From positions 18,334 through 82,333 of the forward strand of contig JBIOIZ010000004.1 of NCBI GenBank assembly GCA_044450385.1: 64,000 nucleotides of DNA, in the 5' to 3' direction. The notes beneath the pieces were generated by a model. That model saw nothing but the letters and a program-made list of their open reading frames with translations, had not been told where the DNA came from and ran no database searches. Both the position numbers and the translations under genes were made by a program. Of the stretch, positions 18,867-27,032 are shown piece after piece. The stretch comes from Candidatus Dormibacteria bacterium. GTDB taxonomy: Bacteria > Chloroflexota > Dormibacteria > Aeolococcales > Aeolococcaceae. Each line of letters starts with the position of its first letter. Position 1 is the first letter of the stretch.

Positions 18867-18880
18867 CAGCCCTCTGTCAA
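18852..18880 (-). promoter_or_regulatory. Sigma70-like promoter of the Liv-type operon: TTGACA-17 nt-TATTCT (minus strand)
   Basis: Read directly: -35 at 18880..18875 and -10 at 18857..18852, which predicts a ~115-nt leader. Confidence 0.5.
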
Positions 18881-18885
18881 GCAGG

Positions 18886-18900
18886 AATATAGGATATAGG
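18886..18900 (-). promoter_or_regulatory. AT-rich heptad element, site b1: CCTATATCCTATATT (minus strand), just upstream of the -35
   Basis: Perfect tandem CCTATAT CCTATAT, read directly. Confidence 0.5.
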
Positions 18901-18951
18901 CGATGACCCATAGACAGGACGACTCAAAGCCACTCGGTGACCCGGGTGGGA

Positions 18952-18963
18952 GGCCACCGGTGG
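18952..18963. promoter_or_regulatory. 12-bp perfect palindrome GCCACCGGTGGC in the divergent control region
   Basis: Read directly. It is a candidate second operator, but its function is unknown. Confidence 0.3.
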
Positions 18964-18988
18964 CACCGCCTCAGCGATGGCGCCGGAC

Positions 18989-19024
18989 CTGACAACCGTC
19001 CCGAGAACGCCTATATTATATGTG
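18989..19024 (+). promoter_or_regulatory. Promoter of the FAH-hyuAB operon (CTGACA-17 nt-TATATT), overlapping heptad site c (CCTATATTATATGTG, 19010..19024)
   Basis: -10 ends at 19017 and the GTG start is at 19027 with no Shine-Dalgarno sequence, so the mRNA is predicted to be leaderless or nearly so. Confidence 0.45.
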
Positions 19025-19026
19025 AA

Positions 19027-19896
19027 GTGAGGATAGCGAGATTCCGCCGCGACGGTGACTCACCGCGGACCGGGTTCGTGGTTGACGGCACGATCTTTCC
19101 CGCCGTCGGTGATGGTGCGAGCGCCGACCTGGCCACTTTGCTCGGGGACGGTGACAACCGGCTCGCCAGCATGGAGGAGGCAGCGCGTAGCGGACCCGGG
19201 TATTCGCTCGATGAAGTGTCGCTCGGGCCGCCACTCGAGAACCCGCGCGCCGTGCTGTGCGTTGGCCGGAACTATGCGGAGCACGCGGCCGAGACGCAGT
19301 CCGAGATTCCCACCGAGCCGATCATCTTCGCGAAGCTCTCCTCATCGATCATCGGTCCGCACGACGACATCGTGCTTCCCGCGGTCGCCCCACGCCGCAT
19401 CGACTATGAGTCCGAGTTGACGGTGGTCATCGGCCGGAAGGGACGCGACATCGCCGAGGAGGACGCCTGGGGTTTCGTTCGCGGCTACCTGGTCGCCAAC
19501 GACGTGACCGCAAGGGATTGGCAGTTGAAGAAACCCGCGGGGCAGTGGCTGCTCGGCAAGAGCTTCGACACATTCCTTCCCATCGGACCATTTCTGGTCA
19601 CGGCCGACGAGGTCCCCGACCCGACGCGACTCCATGTGACATGCAAGGTCAATGGGGAGGTGATGCAGGATGACACGCCGGATCACATGATCTTCTCCAT
19701 CCCGCATCTGATCGCCTACGTGTCCGCCGTCACGACACTGCATCCTGGCGATCTCATCCTCACAGGCACACCGGCGGGAATCGGTGCGTCGCGGGTTCCC
19801 CCGATCTGGCTCAAGCCAGGGGACATCGTGGAAACCTCGGTGGAGACGATCGGCACCCTCAGGAACACCGTGAGAGCGGCGGCTGCCCTTAAGTGA
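19027..19896 (+). CDS. Fumarylacetoacetate hydrolase (FAH) family protein
   Basis: VRIARFRRDG... N-terminus and ...FAKLSSSIIGPHDDIVLP...ESELTVVIGRKG...GDLILTGTPAGIG are typical FAH-family motifs. ORF track 18937 start is rejected because it runs through the promoter. Confidence 0.88.
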   Translation: MRIARFRRDGDSPRTGFVVDGTIFPAVGDGASADLATLLGDGDNRLASMEEAARSGPGYSLDEVSLGPPLENPRAVLCVGRNYAEHAAETQSEIPTEPIIFAKLSSSIIGPHDDIVLPAVAPRRIDYESELTVVIGRKGRDIAEEDAWGFVRGYLVANDVTARDWQLKKPAGQWLLGKSFDTFLPIGPFLVTADEVPDPTRLHVTCKVNGEVMQDDTPDHMIFSIPHLIAYVSAVTTLHPGDLILTGTPAGIGASRVPPIWLKPGDIVETSVETIGTLRNTVRAAAALK

Positions 19897-21947
19897 CCTG
19901 GCGCGTCGCTGTCGACATCGGCGGGACGTTCACCGATCTGGTGGCGTGGAACCAGGATGACGGCAGCATCGCGGAAAGCAAGGTGCTCACTGTCCCCGAC
20001 GACCCCGTGCAGGGGGTGGTCCGCGCGCTGGAGCACGCGGCGATCCCTCTCCCCGGCACCGTTGCGTTCATCCATGGGTCAACGATCGCCATCAACGCGG
20101 TGCTGCAGCAAACGGGGGTCACGACAGCATTGCTGACCACGCAGGGCTTCCGTGATGTCCTGGAGATGGGACGCAAGAACCGGCCGGATATGTACAACCT
20201 CTTCTTCAAGGCCCGGATGTGCCCCGTCCCGCGCACGTTGCGAGTCGAGGTTTCCGAGCGGCTCGATGCCCACGGGAACGAGATCCGGGAGCTCGACGAG
20301 GAAAGCCTCGTGGCGGCCATCAACGATCTGCCGGACGACGTCGAATCAGTTGCCATCTCATTCCTCCACTCCTATGTCGATCCGGCGCACGAGGTCGCTG
20401 CGGCAGAGCGGGTCCGTGCGCTGCGCCCGGACGTGTTCGTGTCGACCTCCGGCACGCTCTCACGCGAGATCGGTGAGTACGAGCGGACGTGCACAGTGGT
20501 GGTGAATGCCTATGTCGGACCGCTGGTCGCCGGATATCTGGAACGCCTCAAGCGACACCTCGAGGAACAGGACTGTTCGGCTCCGCTGCTCATCACCCAG
20601 TCCAACGGAGGAGTGATGACCTCAGCCGTCGCCGTGGTGCAACCAATTCGAACGCTCGAATCCGGACCGGCAGCAGGCGTGACGGGGGTGGCGCGCCTCG
20701 CGGACGGCCTGGGCACCGGTGACGCGATCGCATTCGACATGGGCGGCACCAGCGCCAAGGCATGTGTGATCAATCGGGGCGAACCAGAGGCGTCGACTGA
20801 GTATTTCATCGGCGGACGGCTCGAGGGCCTCCCTGTGCAGGTCCCGTTCCTGGACATCGTCGAAGTCGGCGCGGGGGGCGGCAGCATCGCCTATGTCGAT
20901 GCCGGCGGCGGGCTGTGCGTGGGTCCGCGGAGCGCCGGCTCGGTACCGGGGCCGGCCTCGTACGCTCTGGGTGGCGTCGAGCCGACGATCACCGACGCGA
21001 ATGTCGCCCTCGGCAGGATCGACCCCGACTACTTCCTCGGTGGCGAGATGCGCCTTGACGCTCAACTCGCGGTCGAGGCTCTGAGCCGTCTCGGCCGCGA
21101 GTTCGGCATGGACAGCTCGGAATGTGCGCTCGGCGTGGTGCGAATCGCGAACACGATCATGGCGTCCGCGATCAGGTCGATCACCCTCGAACGGGGTCGC
21201 GATCCACGCGATTTCACCCTGGTTGCTTACGGCGGCGCCGGAGCGGTGCACGCCGCGTCACTCGCCGCGGAGTTGCAGATCCCGGAGGTCATCGTGCCCG
21301 CGCGAGCCGGGACGTTCGCCGCCTTCGGCATGCTGGTCACCGATCTCCGCCATGATGTGGCACGAACCCGTCTCGGCCGCCTCGACAGCATCGACGATGC
21401 CGAGCTCAATGCCCAGTTCGCAGAGCTCGAAGCTGAAGCAACTCGGTACGTCTCCGATCAGTTCGTCGGCGACCAAGCGCCGCGGATGACCTACATCCGC
21501 AAGCTCGACCTTCGTTACGTGGGTCAGTTTCATCCACTGACGCTCACCGTGCCGGCACACGCTGGGAGCAACCTATCGGAGCACCTCCCCGATCTCTTCC
21601 ATCGTGCCCACGCCGAGCGGTACGGGCACAACGCACCGAAGGAACCCATCGAGGTGAGAGCCGTCCGCGTCAGTGCCATCTCCGAGGTGTCCAAGCCGGC
21701 ACCGGGCTCGGAGAGGAAAACACTGACGACCAGCGCCGTCGCTCACGGGCGGCGCCCGGTGCTCATGGACGACGGCAACTGGTATGACTGCGCGGTACAT
21801 CGCCGCCCCTCACTCTGCCCGGGGGCGGTCGTCGACGGCCCGGCGATCATCGAAGACCTTGCGACAACGGTGTTGATTCCCGCGCGCGACCGCGCGCAGG
21901 TCCTGCATGACGGCCACTTGCGCATTCGTCTGGGGGCGGCCGCATGA
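19893..21947 (+). CDS. hyuA: Hydantoinase A / oxoprolinase-type ATP-dependent enzyme, subunit A
   Basis: WRVAVDIGGTFTDLV N-terminus, 684 aa; GTGA overlap with the FAH gene. Confidence 0.9.
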   Translation: MTWRVAVDIGGTFTDLVAWNQDDGSIAESKVLTVPDDPVQGVVRALEHAAIPLPGTVAFIHGSTIAINAVLQQTGVTTALLTTQGFRDVLEMGRKNRPDMYNLFFKARMCPVPRTLRVEVSERLDAHGNEIRELDEESLVAAINDLPDDVESVAISFLHSYVDPAHEVAAAERVRALRPDVFVSTSGTLSREIGEYERTCTVVVNAYVGPLVAGYLERLKRHLEEQDCSAPLLITQSNGGVMTSAVAVVQPIRTLESGPAAGVTGVARLADGLGTGDAIAFDMGGTSAKACVINRGEPEASTEYFIGGRLEGLPVQVPFLDIVEVGAGGGSIAYVDAGGGLCVGPRSAGSVPGPASYALGGVEPTITDANVALGRIDPDYFLGGEMRLDAQLAVEALSRLGREFGMDSSECALGVVRIANTIMASAIRSITLERGRDPRDFTLVAYGGAGAVHAASLAAELQIPEVIVPARAGTFAAFGMLVTDLRHDVARTRLGRLDSIDDAELNAQFAELEAEATRYVSDQFVGDQAPRMTYIRKLDLRYVGQFHPLTLTVPAHAGSNLSEHLPDLFHRAHAERYGHNAPKEPIEVRAVRVSAISEVSKPAPGSERKTLTTSAVAHGRRPVLMDDGNWYDCAVHRRPSLCPGAVVDGPAIIEDLATTVLIPARDRAQVLHDGHLRIRLGAAA

Positions 21948-23710
21948 CCACAAGGGCAAGCCGCGTCGACGCGGTGACCACCGCAGTCATCCGGCACAGC
22001 CTCATCGCCACCGCGGACGAGATGATGAGCAACGTCAAGCGCGCCGCGTACAGCCCAAGCATCCATCAGATTCAGGACGTCTGCGTCGGGCTCGTCGACC
22101 CCGCCGGCAACATCCTCGCGTGCGCCCCGGGGCTCCCGATGTTCCTGGCGGACATGGGGGACGTCGTTCGAGATGGGATCGAACTGCTCGGCATCGACGC
22201 GTTCGAACCCGGTGACGTCTACATCAGCAACGACCCGTTCACCATCGGCACGCACATCAACAATGTCGCCACCTATTCGCCGATCTTCTCCGACGGACTC
22301 GTCGGCTTCGCGGTTGCGCGCGGACACATGGTGGACATGGGCGGCGCAGTCCCGGGCTCGCGTTCGAACCGGCTCACCGAGATCTACCAGGAAGGTCTTC
22401 GCATCCGTCAGCTGCGCTTCTACTCCAAGGGCACGCCGGAGGAGGCCATCCATCGATTGATCGCCGACAACACGCGGATGCCCGAAGAAGTTCTCGGCGA
22501 CCTGCGAGCTCAGGTGGCGGCCTGCCGCACCGGCGAGCGCAGGCTTGACGCGGTGGTCAAACGCTATGGTCGTGCTCAATTCGAGGAAGCGGCGGTCGCG
22601 ATCTTCGACCACGGCGAACGTCTCGCGCGCGCTGCGGTGCGCGAGATCGCGGATGGCACCTACCGAGCCGAGGCTTTCCTCGACGATGACGGGATCACGC
22701 TCGGCGAGCACATCGCGCTCCCAGTGGTCATCGAGGTGTCCGGCGATGAGATGACCATCGACTTCTCGGGATTTGCCGATCAAACGCGTGGATCGATCAA
22801 CACCGGGCTGACCGGCGCCATCTCGATCGCGCGCAACGCATTCAAGTGCCTGACGACGCCGCACGAACCCGTCAACGAGGGTCACTTCCGGCCGCTGCGC
22901 GTCGTCGTGACGCCGGGAAAGATTGTGAGCGCAACGCTGCCCGCGGCATGCGGCTGGTGGGCGCGAACCACGAGCACCACGCTGGACGTGATCCTCAAAG
23001 CACTGAGCCCAGCACTGCCGGACGCTATTCCGGCTGGACACTTCGGCGACATCCCCATGTGCCTCATTCAGGGTCGCGACCTGAACGACCGTCGCTTCGT
23101 CTTCTTCGAACCCGTACCCGGGGGACATGGCGGCCGGCCCCATGAGGACGGTGTGAGTGCCACGGTCTGCTTCCACGAAGGCGATACCCCGGACGTCCCG
23201 GTCGAGCTGCAGGAGTCGACGATCCCGATACTCGTCGAGGAATCGGCACTCGATATCGACAGCGCGGGCGCCGGGCTGCATCGCGGCGGCCTCGGCTACC
23301 GCAGGACGTTTCGCCTGCTCTCTGCGTCGGCATCGATGCAGATCAACGTCGACCGCCATGAGTGTCTTCCATGGGGACTCAACGGCGGCCTGCCCGGGCG
23401 ACCGAATCGCGCGTACATCCAGGCCGATCCCGGTGCCGATTGGGAGCTCGTGCTGAAGCGCGATGACATCCGCCTCAGCTCGAACGCGCGCGTTCAGCTC
23501 TTCGGTGGCGGTGGTGGTGGATGGGGCGATCCCCTCGACCGAGACGCATCGCGAGTGGTCGCCGACGTGCGAGACGGCTACATCAGCGCCGATGCTGCGT
23601 GGCGCGATTACGGCGTGCTGATCGACGAGTCGGGTCGCGCCGTCGACCCATCCGGCGAAACCGGCCGCAGCGGGGCGCGCATGCGCCGCCATGAGGAGAC
23701 AAGCGAATGA
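21944..23710 (+). CDS. hyuB: Hydantoinase B / oxoprolinase-type subunit B
   Basis: DAVTTAVIRHSLIATADEM...; 588 aa; ATGA overlaps on both sides. Confidence 0.9.
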   Translation: MTTRASRVDAVTTAVIRHSLIATADEMMSNVKRAAYSPSIHQIQDVCVGLVDPAGNILACAPGLPMFLADMGDVVRDGIELLGIDAFEPGDVYISNDPFTIGTHINNVATYSPIFSDGLVGFAVARGHMVDMGGAVPGSRSNRLTEIYQEGLRIRQLRFYSKGTPEEAIHRLIADNTRMPEEVLGDLRAQVAACRTGERRLDAVVKRYGRAQFEEAAVAIFDHGERLARAAVREIADGTYRAEAFLDDDGITLGEHIALPVVIEVSGDEMTIDFSGFADQTRGSINTGLTGAISIARNAFKCLTTPHEPVNEGHFRPLRVVVTPGKIVSATLPAACGWWARTTSTTLDVILKALSPALPDAIPAGHFGDIPMCLIQGRDLNDRRFVFFEPVPGGHGGRPHEDGVSATVCFHEGDTPDVPVELQESTIPILVEESALDIDSAGAGLHRGGLGYRRTFRLLSASASMQINVDRHECLPWGLNGGLPGRPNRAYIQADPGADWELVLKRDDIRLSSNARVQLFGGGGGGWGDPLDRDASRVVADVRDGYISADAAWRDYGVLIDESGRAVDPSGETGRSGARMRRHEETSE

Positions 23711-24975
23711 CCAGTACTTTGGCTGACGGTCGAAGCGGGCTGCTCGCGCACTTCCGGACGACCCAACAGGACGCGGTGCTCCGCGGCGACGCGACGCGCG
23801 CGCAGCTTCCTCTCCCCTACCTGCGGCAGCAGGCGCATCTCACCGCGCCGGCCTCCGGTTTCGCACTCGCCGAGAAGGCGCTGACCAACGCCCACGCGGT
23901 CTCCGCACGCTTGATGGACCGTTATGGCATCCAGGTCGAAGAGCTGGCAGGGCGTCTGGAGCTGGACGCGTCGGTGGTCTCCGCAGTTCTCGGAGGCCAC
24001 GGTGCGCCCGTGGTGCTGCTCGATCTCGAGGACGGCGTGGCGCCGAACATGATCGACGAAGCGCGCTCGAATGCCGTGAGGCTCCTTCGCGAAGTCGACC
24101 GTGGGTCAACACTGTGTTTCATACGTCCCGCCGGCATCGAAGACCCGCGGTGCGCGGATGACCTGTTCGACATCCTCCTGCGCGCCGGAGACGGACTCCC
24201 CTCGGAGTCGTATCCACTCGACGGAATCGTGATTCCGAAGATACGGCACGTCCACGAGTTGGAGTGGCTCGACACCGTGCTCTCGGCGATCGAGAATGAG
24301 CTCGGCTTGAGCAGGAATCGGATCCGCGTGAGCTTTCAGATCGAGACCGGCTGGGGTGTGCTCAATCTGCCGCAGCTCGCGATCGCGGGACGCGACCGGC
24401 TGGCGGGGATCATCCTCGGCACCGTGGATCTCAGCGCTGATCTTGGACTGCCACAGGTCCGGTATCGCCATCCCATCTGCGAGTGGGCACGGATGATCAT
24501 CGTTTCGGTCGCCGGTGCGGTGGGAGTCCCCGCGATCGACGGGATGACACTCGACTTCCCGGTGGGCCTTGCCGGCCTGAGTCCCGAGGAAAACCACGCC
24601 CTCGTGCTCGATCGCATGGTCGCGAACTTTGAGGATGCGCAGCATTCCATCGACGTCGGCATGAGTGGACGCTGGGCGGGGCACCCACTCCAACTCCTTT
24701 CCACCGAATTGGCATTCCGAGCCGCTTTCTCTCCGTCGGTCGTCGACGCGCTCGTGGCCGAGCTCGAGACGTTTCGTCGCGCCGGCGCTGACGATAAGGG
24801 CGCGGTCGCGGGCAACCGGGGAGAATTGCTCGACATCGGCACCGACCGGCACGTGCGCAGGCAGCTTCGTCGCGCGGCCGCATGGGGATACATCGCCCCG
24901 CAGCGAGCGGAAGAACTCGGACTCATCACAACGGCCGAGGCAGGCGACCTCCGTCAGCCCGTTGGGACGACATGA
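23707..24975 (+). CDS. CitE/HpcH-superfamily acyl-CoA lyase-like protein with a long N-terminal extension
   Basis: VVLLDLEDGVAP (CitE-type motif), ...IVIPKI..., ...SFQIET... . At 422 aa it is longer than the ~290 aa usual for CitE. Confidence 0.75.
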   Translation: MTSTLADGRSGLLAHFRTTQQDAVLRGDATRAQLPLPYLRQQAHLTAPASGFALAEKALTNAHAVSARLMDRYGIQVEELAGRLELDASVVSAVLGGHGAPVVLLDLEDGVAPNMIDEARSNAVRLLREVDRGSTLCFIRPAGIEDPRCADDLFDILLRAGDGLPSESYPLDGIVIPKIRHVHELEWLDTVLSAIENELGLSRNRIRVSFQIETGWGVLNLPQLAIAGRDRLAGIILGTVDLSADLGLPQVRYRHPICEWARMIIVSVAGAVGVPAIDGMTLDFPVGLAGLSPEENHALVLDRMVANFEDAQHSIDVGMSGRWAGHPLQLLSTELAFRAAFSPSVVDALVAELETFRRAGADDKGAVAGNRGELLDIGTDRHVRRQLRRAAAWGYIAPQRAEELGLITTAEAGDLRQPVGTT

Positions 24976-26177
24976 CAGCGGTTCCCGAGCTCCCACCTCT
25001 CGCCAACGTCAGGGTCCTGGACATCGCATCGTTCATGGCTGCGCCGATGACCGCGATGTGGCTCGGCGACTTTGGAGCTGACGTCATCAAGATCGAGCAT
25101 CCGGACGGCGATATGATGCGCGGATGGGGCAGCCTGAAGAACGGTGTGCCCCTCTTCTGGAAGATGGTCGCTCGCAACAAGCGATCGGTCACGCTCGACC
25201 TGCACAAGCCACAGGGGCAGGAAATGCTGCGGCGAATGGTCGCCAAGGCCGACGTACTGGTCGAGAACTTCAGACCCGGAACGCTCGAGCGATGGGGACT
25301 TGCCTACGACACCCTGCAGGAGCTCAATCCACGACTGGTGATGCTGAGCATCTCTGCGTTCGGGAAGACCGGGCGCTACAGTTCGCGCGCCGGATTCGGA
25401 ACGCTGGCCGAAGCGATGAGTGGCTACGCGCATGTCACCGGGCAGCCCGATGGGCCACCAACCCTGCCGTCGTTCGGGCTCGCCGACGCGGTGACCGGTC
25501 TCTGCGGCGCCTTCGCGGTCATGGTGGCACTGCACGAGCGTGACACGGTGAGTGGCAGGGGCCAAGCAATCGACCTCGGCATTTACGAGCCGATGCTCAC
25601 GATGCTCGGGCACCACTTCGTTGACTTCGATCAGCTGGGCATCGTCGCCGGACGGCTGGGCTCGCGGCTTCCGTTTGCGTCGCCTCGCAACGCGTTCAAG
25701 ACACAGGACGGTGACTGGGTCGCGATGTCCTGCAGCACGCAGAGCGTCTTCGTGAGAGCCTGTAACGCGATCGGTCGCCCCGAGCTCATCACCGACGTTC
25801 GCTATGTCAACAACCAGACGCGGACGGAGAACTCCGACACGCTGGATGCGGTGTTCGCTGACTGGATCAGCACCCATCCGACCGCCGATGTGCTCGCCAC
25901 CTTGAACGATGCCGGCGCAGCTGTCGCGCCGATCTACGATGTGCGTGGCGTCTTCGAGGACGACCACTTTCGCGATCGCGAGAGCATCGTCGCGGTGGAC
26001 GATCAGGACCTGGGTTCGGTACGGATGCAGAACGTCGTGCCGAAGCTCTCGCGCACCCCCGGTGGCATCCGCCATGCGGGCCCGCGCCTCGGCGAGCATA
26101 CGCGCGAGGTGTACTCGGACTGGCTCGGCATGACTGACGGCGAGCTCGCACAATTGACTGCCGAGGGCGTCATATGA
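24972..26177 (+). CDS. Family III CoA-transferase (CaiB/BaiF)
   Basis: LANVRVLDIASFMAAPMTAMWLGDFGADVIKIEHP. ATG 24972 overlaps the upstream stop (ATGA). Confidence 0.9.
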   Translation: MTAVPELPPLANVRVLDIASFMAAPMTAMWLGDFGADVIKIEHPDGDMMRGWGSLKNGVPLFWKMVARNKRSVTLDLHKPQGQEMLRRMVAKADVLVENFRPGTLERWGLAYDTLQELNPRLVMLSISAFGKTGRYSSRAGFGTLAEAMSGYAHVTGQPDGPPTLPSFGLADAVTGLCGAFAVMVALHERDTVSGRGQAIDLGIYEPMLTMLGHHFVDFDQLGIVAGRLGSRLPFASPRNAFKTQDGDWVAMSCSTQSVFVRACNAIGRPELITDVRYVNNQTRTENSDTLDAVFADWISTHPTADVLATLNDAGAAVAPIYDVRGVFEDDHFRDRESIVAVDDQDLGSVRMQNVVPKLSRTPGGIRHAGPRLGEHTREVYSDWLGMTDGELAQLTAEGVI

Positions 26178-26268
26178 GTCGAGAGGATCCGTTCTCCGTA
26201 CCGTATGATTGGGCGTCAGTATCGGCTGAGAGGGGCTTCAGGAGCGGAGGAACGCATCATGAATAACC

Positions 26269-27006
26269 ATGCCTGCTAAAGCGGCCGCGTCGAACCCGTC
26301 ACGCATGTCGCCGGATGGGCGCGGCCGCAAGCACCAACGCCGTCCACCGGAGACGGCCGGCGACTACGTGAGCAATGAGATCCGAGCGTGGATTCTCGAC
26401 GGGACGTTCGATCTCGGTTCGCGGCTCGATCAGCAGGTTCTCGCCGAACGCCTCGGAGTCAGCATCATTCCGGTCCGCGAGAGCCTGCGTCAGCTGGAAG
26501 CGGAGGGCCTCGTGGAGATCCTCCCGCGCCGCGGTGCGTTCGTCGCCAAGCTTTCGCTTCCACAGATCACGGAGATCAATCGCATCCGAGAACGCTTGGA
26601 GGAGCTCGCGCTTCGCCTCGCCGGTCCGCACTTTGAGGTGAGTCATCTCGAGAAAGCCGCCGAGCTCAATCGGCGGATGGCGATGATGCCGCTCGAAGGC
26701 CAGGCGCTGGCGTGGAGCGAGGTGAATCGCCAGTTCCACTTCACGTTATACGCGCCGTCCGATTCTCCGTTGCTGCTGCAGATGCTCAATACCCTCTGGG
26801 ATCGCATGCTGCTGTATCGCGAGGTCAATGCCGCCCGTGCTGATAATCGCGTCCATGCCGTCGACGAGCATGCGGAGATCCTGCGCAACGTCATGGCGGG
26901 TGACATCCCCGCGGCGGCGAGGTCGGTGCGCAGACACATCCGGCGGTCGGCGCGCGCTTTGTCGGTGAGCGAGCGTGCCGTTGCAGAAGACGGGAACCCG
27001 GCGTAG
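26269..27006 (+). CDS. GntR-family transcriptional regulator (FadR-like, FCD effector domain)
   Basis: LAERLGVSIIPVRESLRQLEAEGLVEILPRRGAFV wHTH plus an all-helical C-terminal domain. The start is uncertain (26269 or 26305). Confidence 0.88.
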   Translation: MPAKAAASNPSRMSPDGRGRKHQRRPPETAGDYVSNEIRAWILDGTFDLGSRLDQQVLAERLGVSIIPVRESLRQLEAEGLVEILPRRGAFVAKLSLPQITEINRIRERLEELALRLAGPHFEVSHLEKAAELNRRMAMMPLEGQALAWSEVNRQFHFTLYAPSDSPLLLQMLNTLWDRMLLYREVNAARADNRVHAVDEHAEILRNVMAGDIPAAARSVRRHIRRSARALSVSERAVAEDGNPA

Positions 27007-27032
27007 GTGCCGGCGGAATCGCGGAGGAGCTC

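Noticed and set aside
21743-23692. 649-aa ORF antisense to hyuB. Similar long antisense or alternate-frame ORFs occur at 9799..11085, 24954..26153, 30917..31996, 32978..34600, 35780..36775, 36753..37787, 38868..39902, 50714..51754 and 53126..54049.
   Set aside because: All are fully overlapped by genes with clear family signatures on the other strand or frame. Their products are Arg/Ala/Gly/Pro-rich with no recognisable motifs. Long stop-free antisense frames are expected in ~66% GC DNA.
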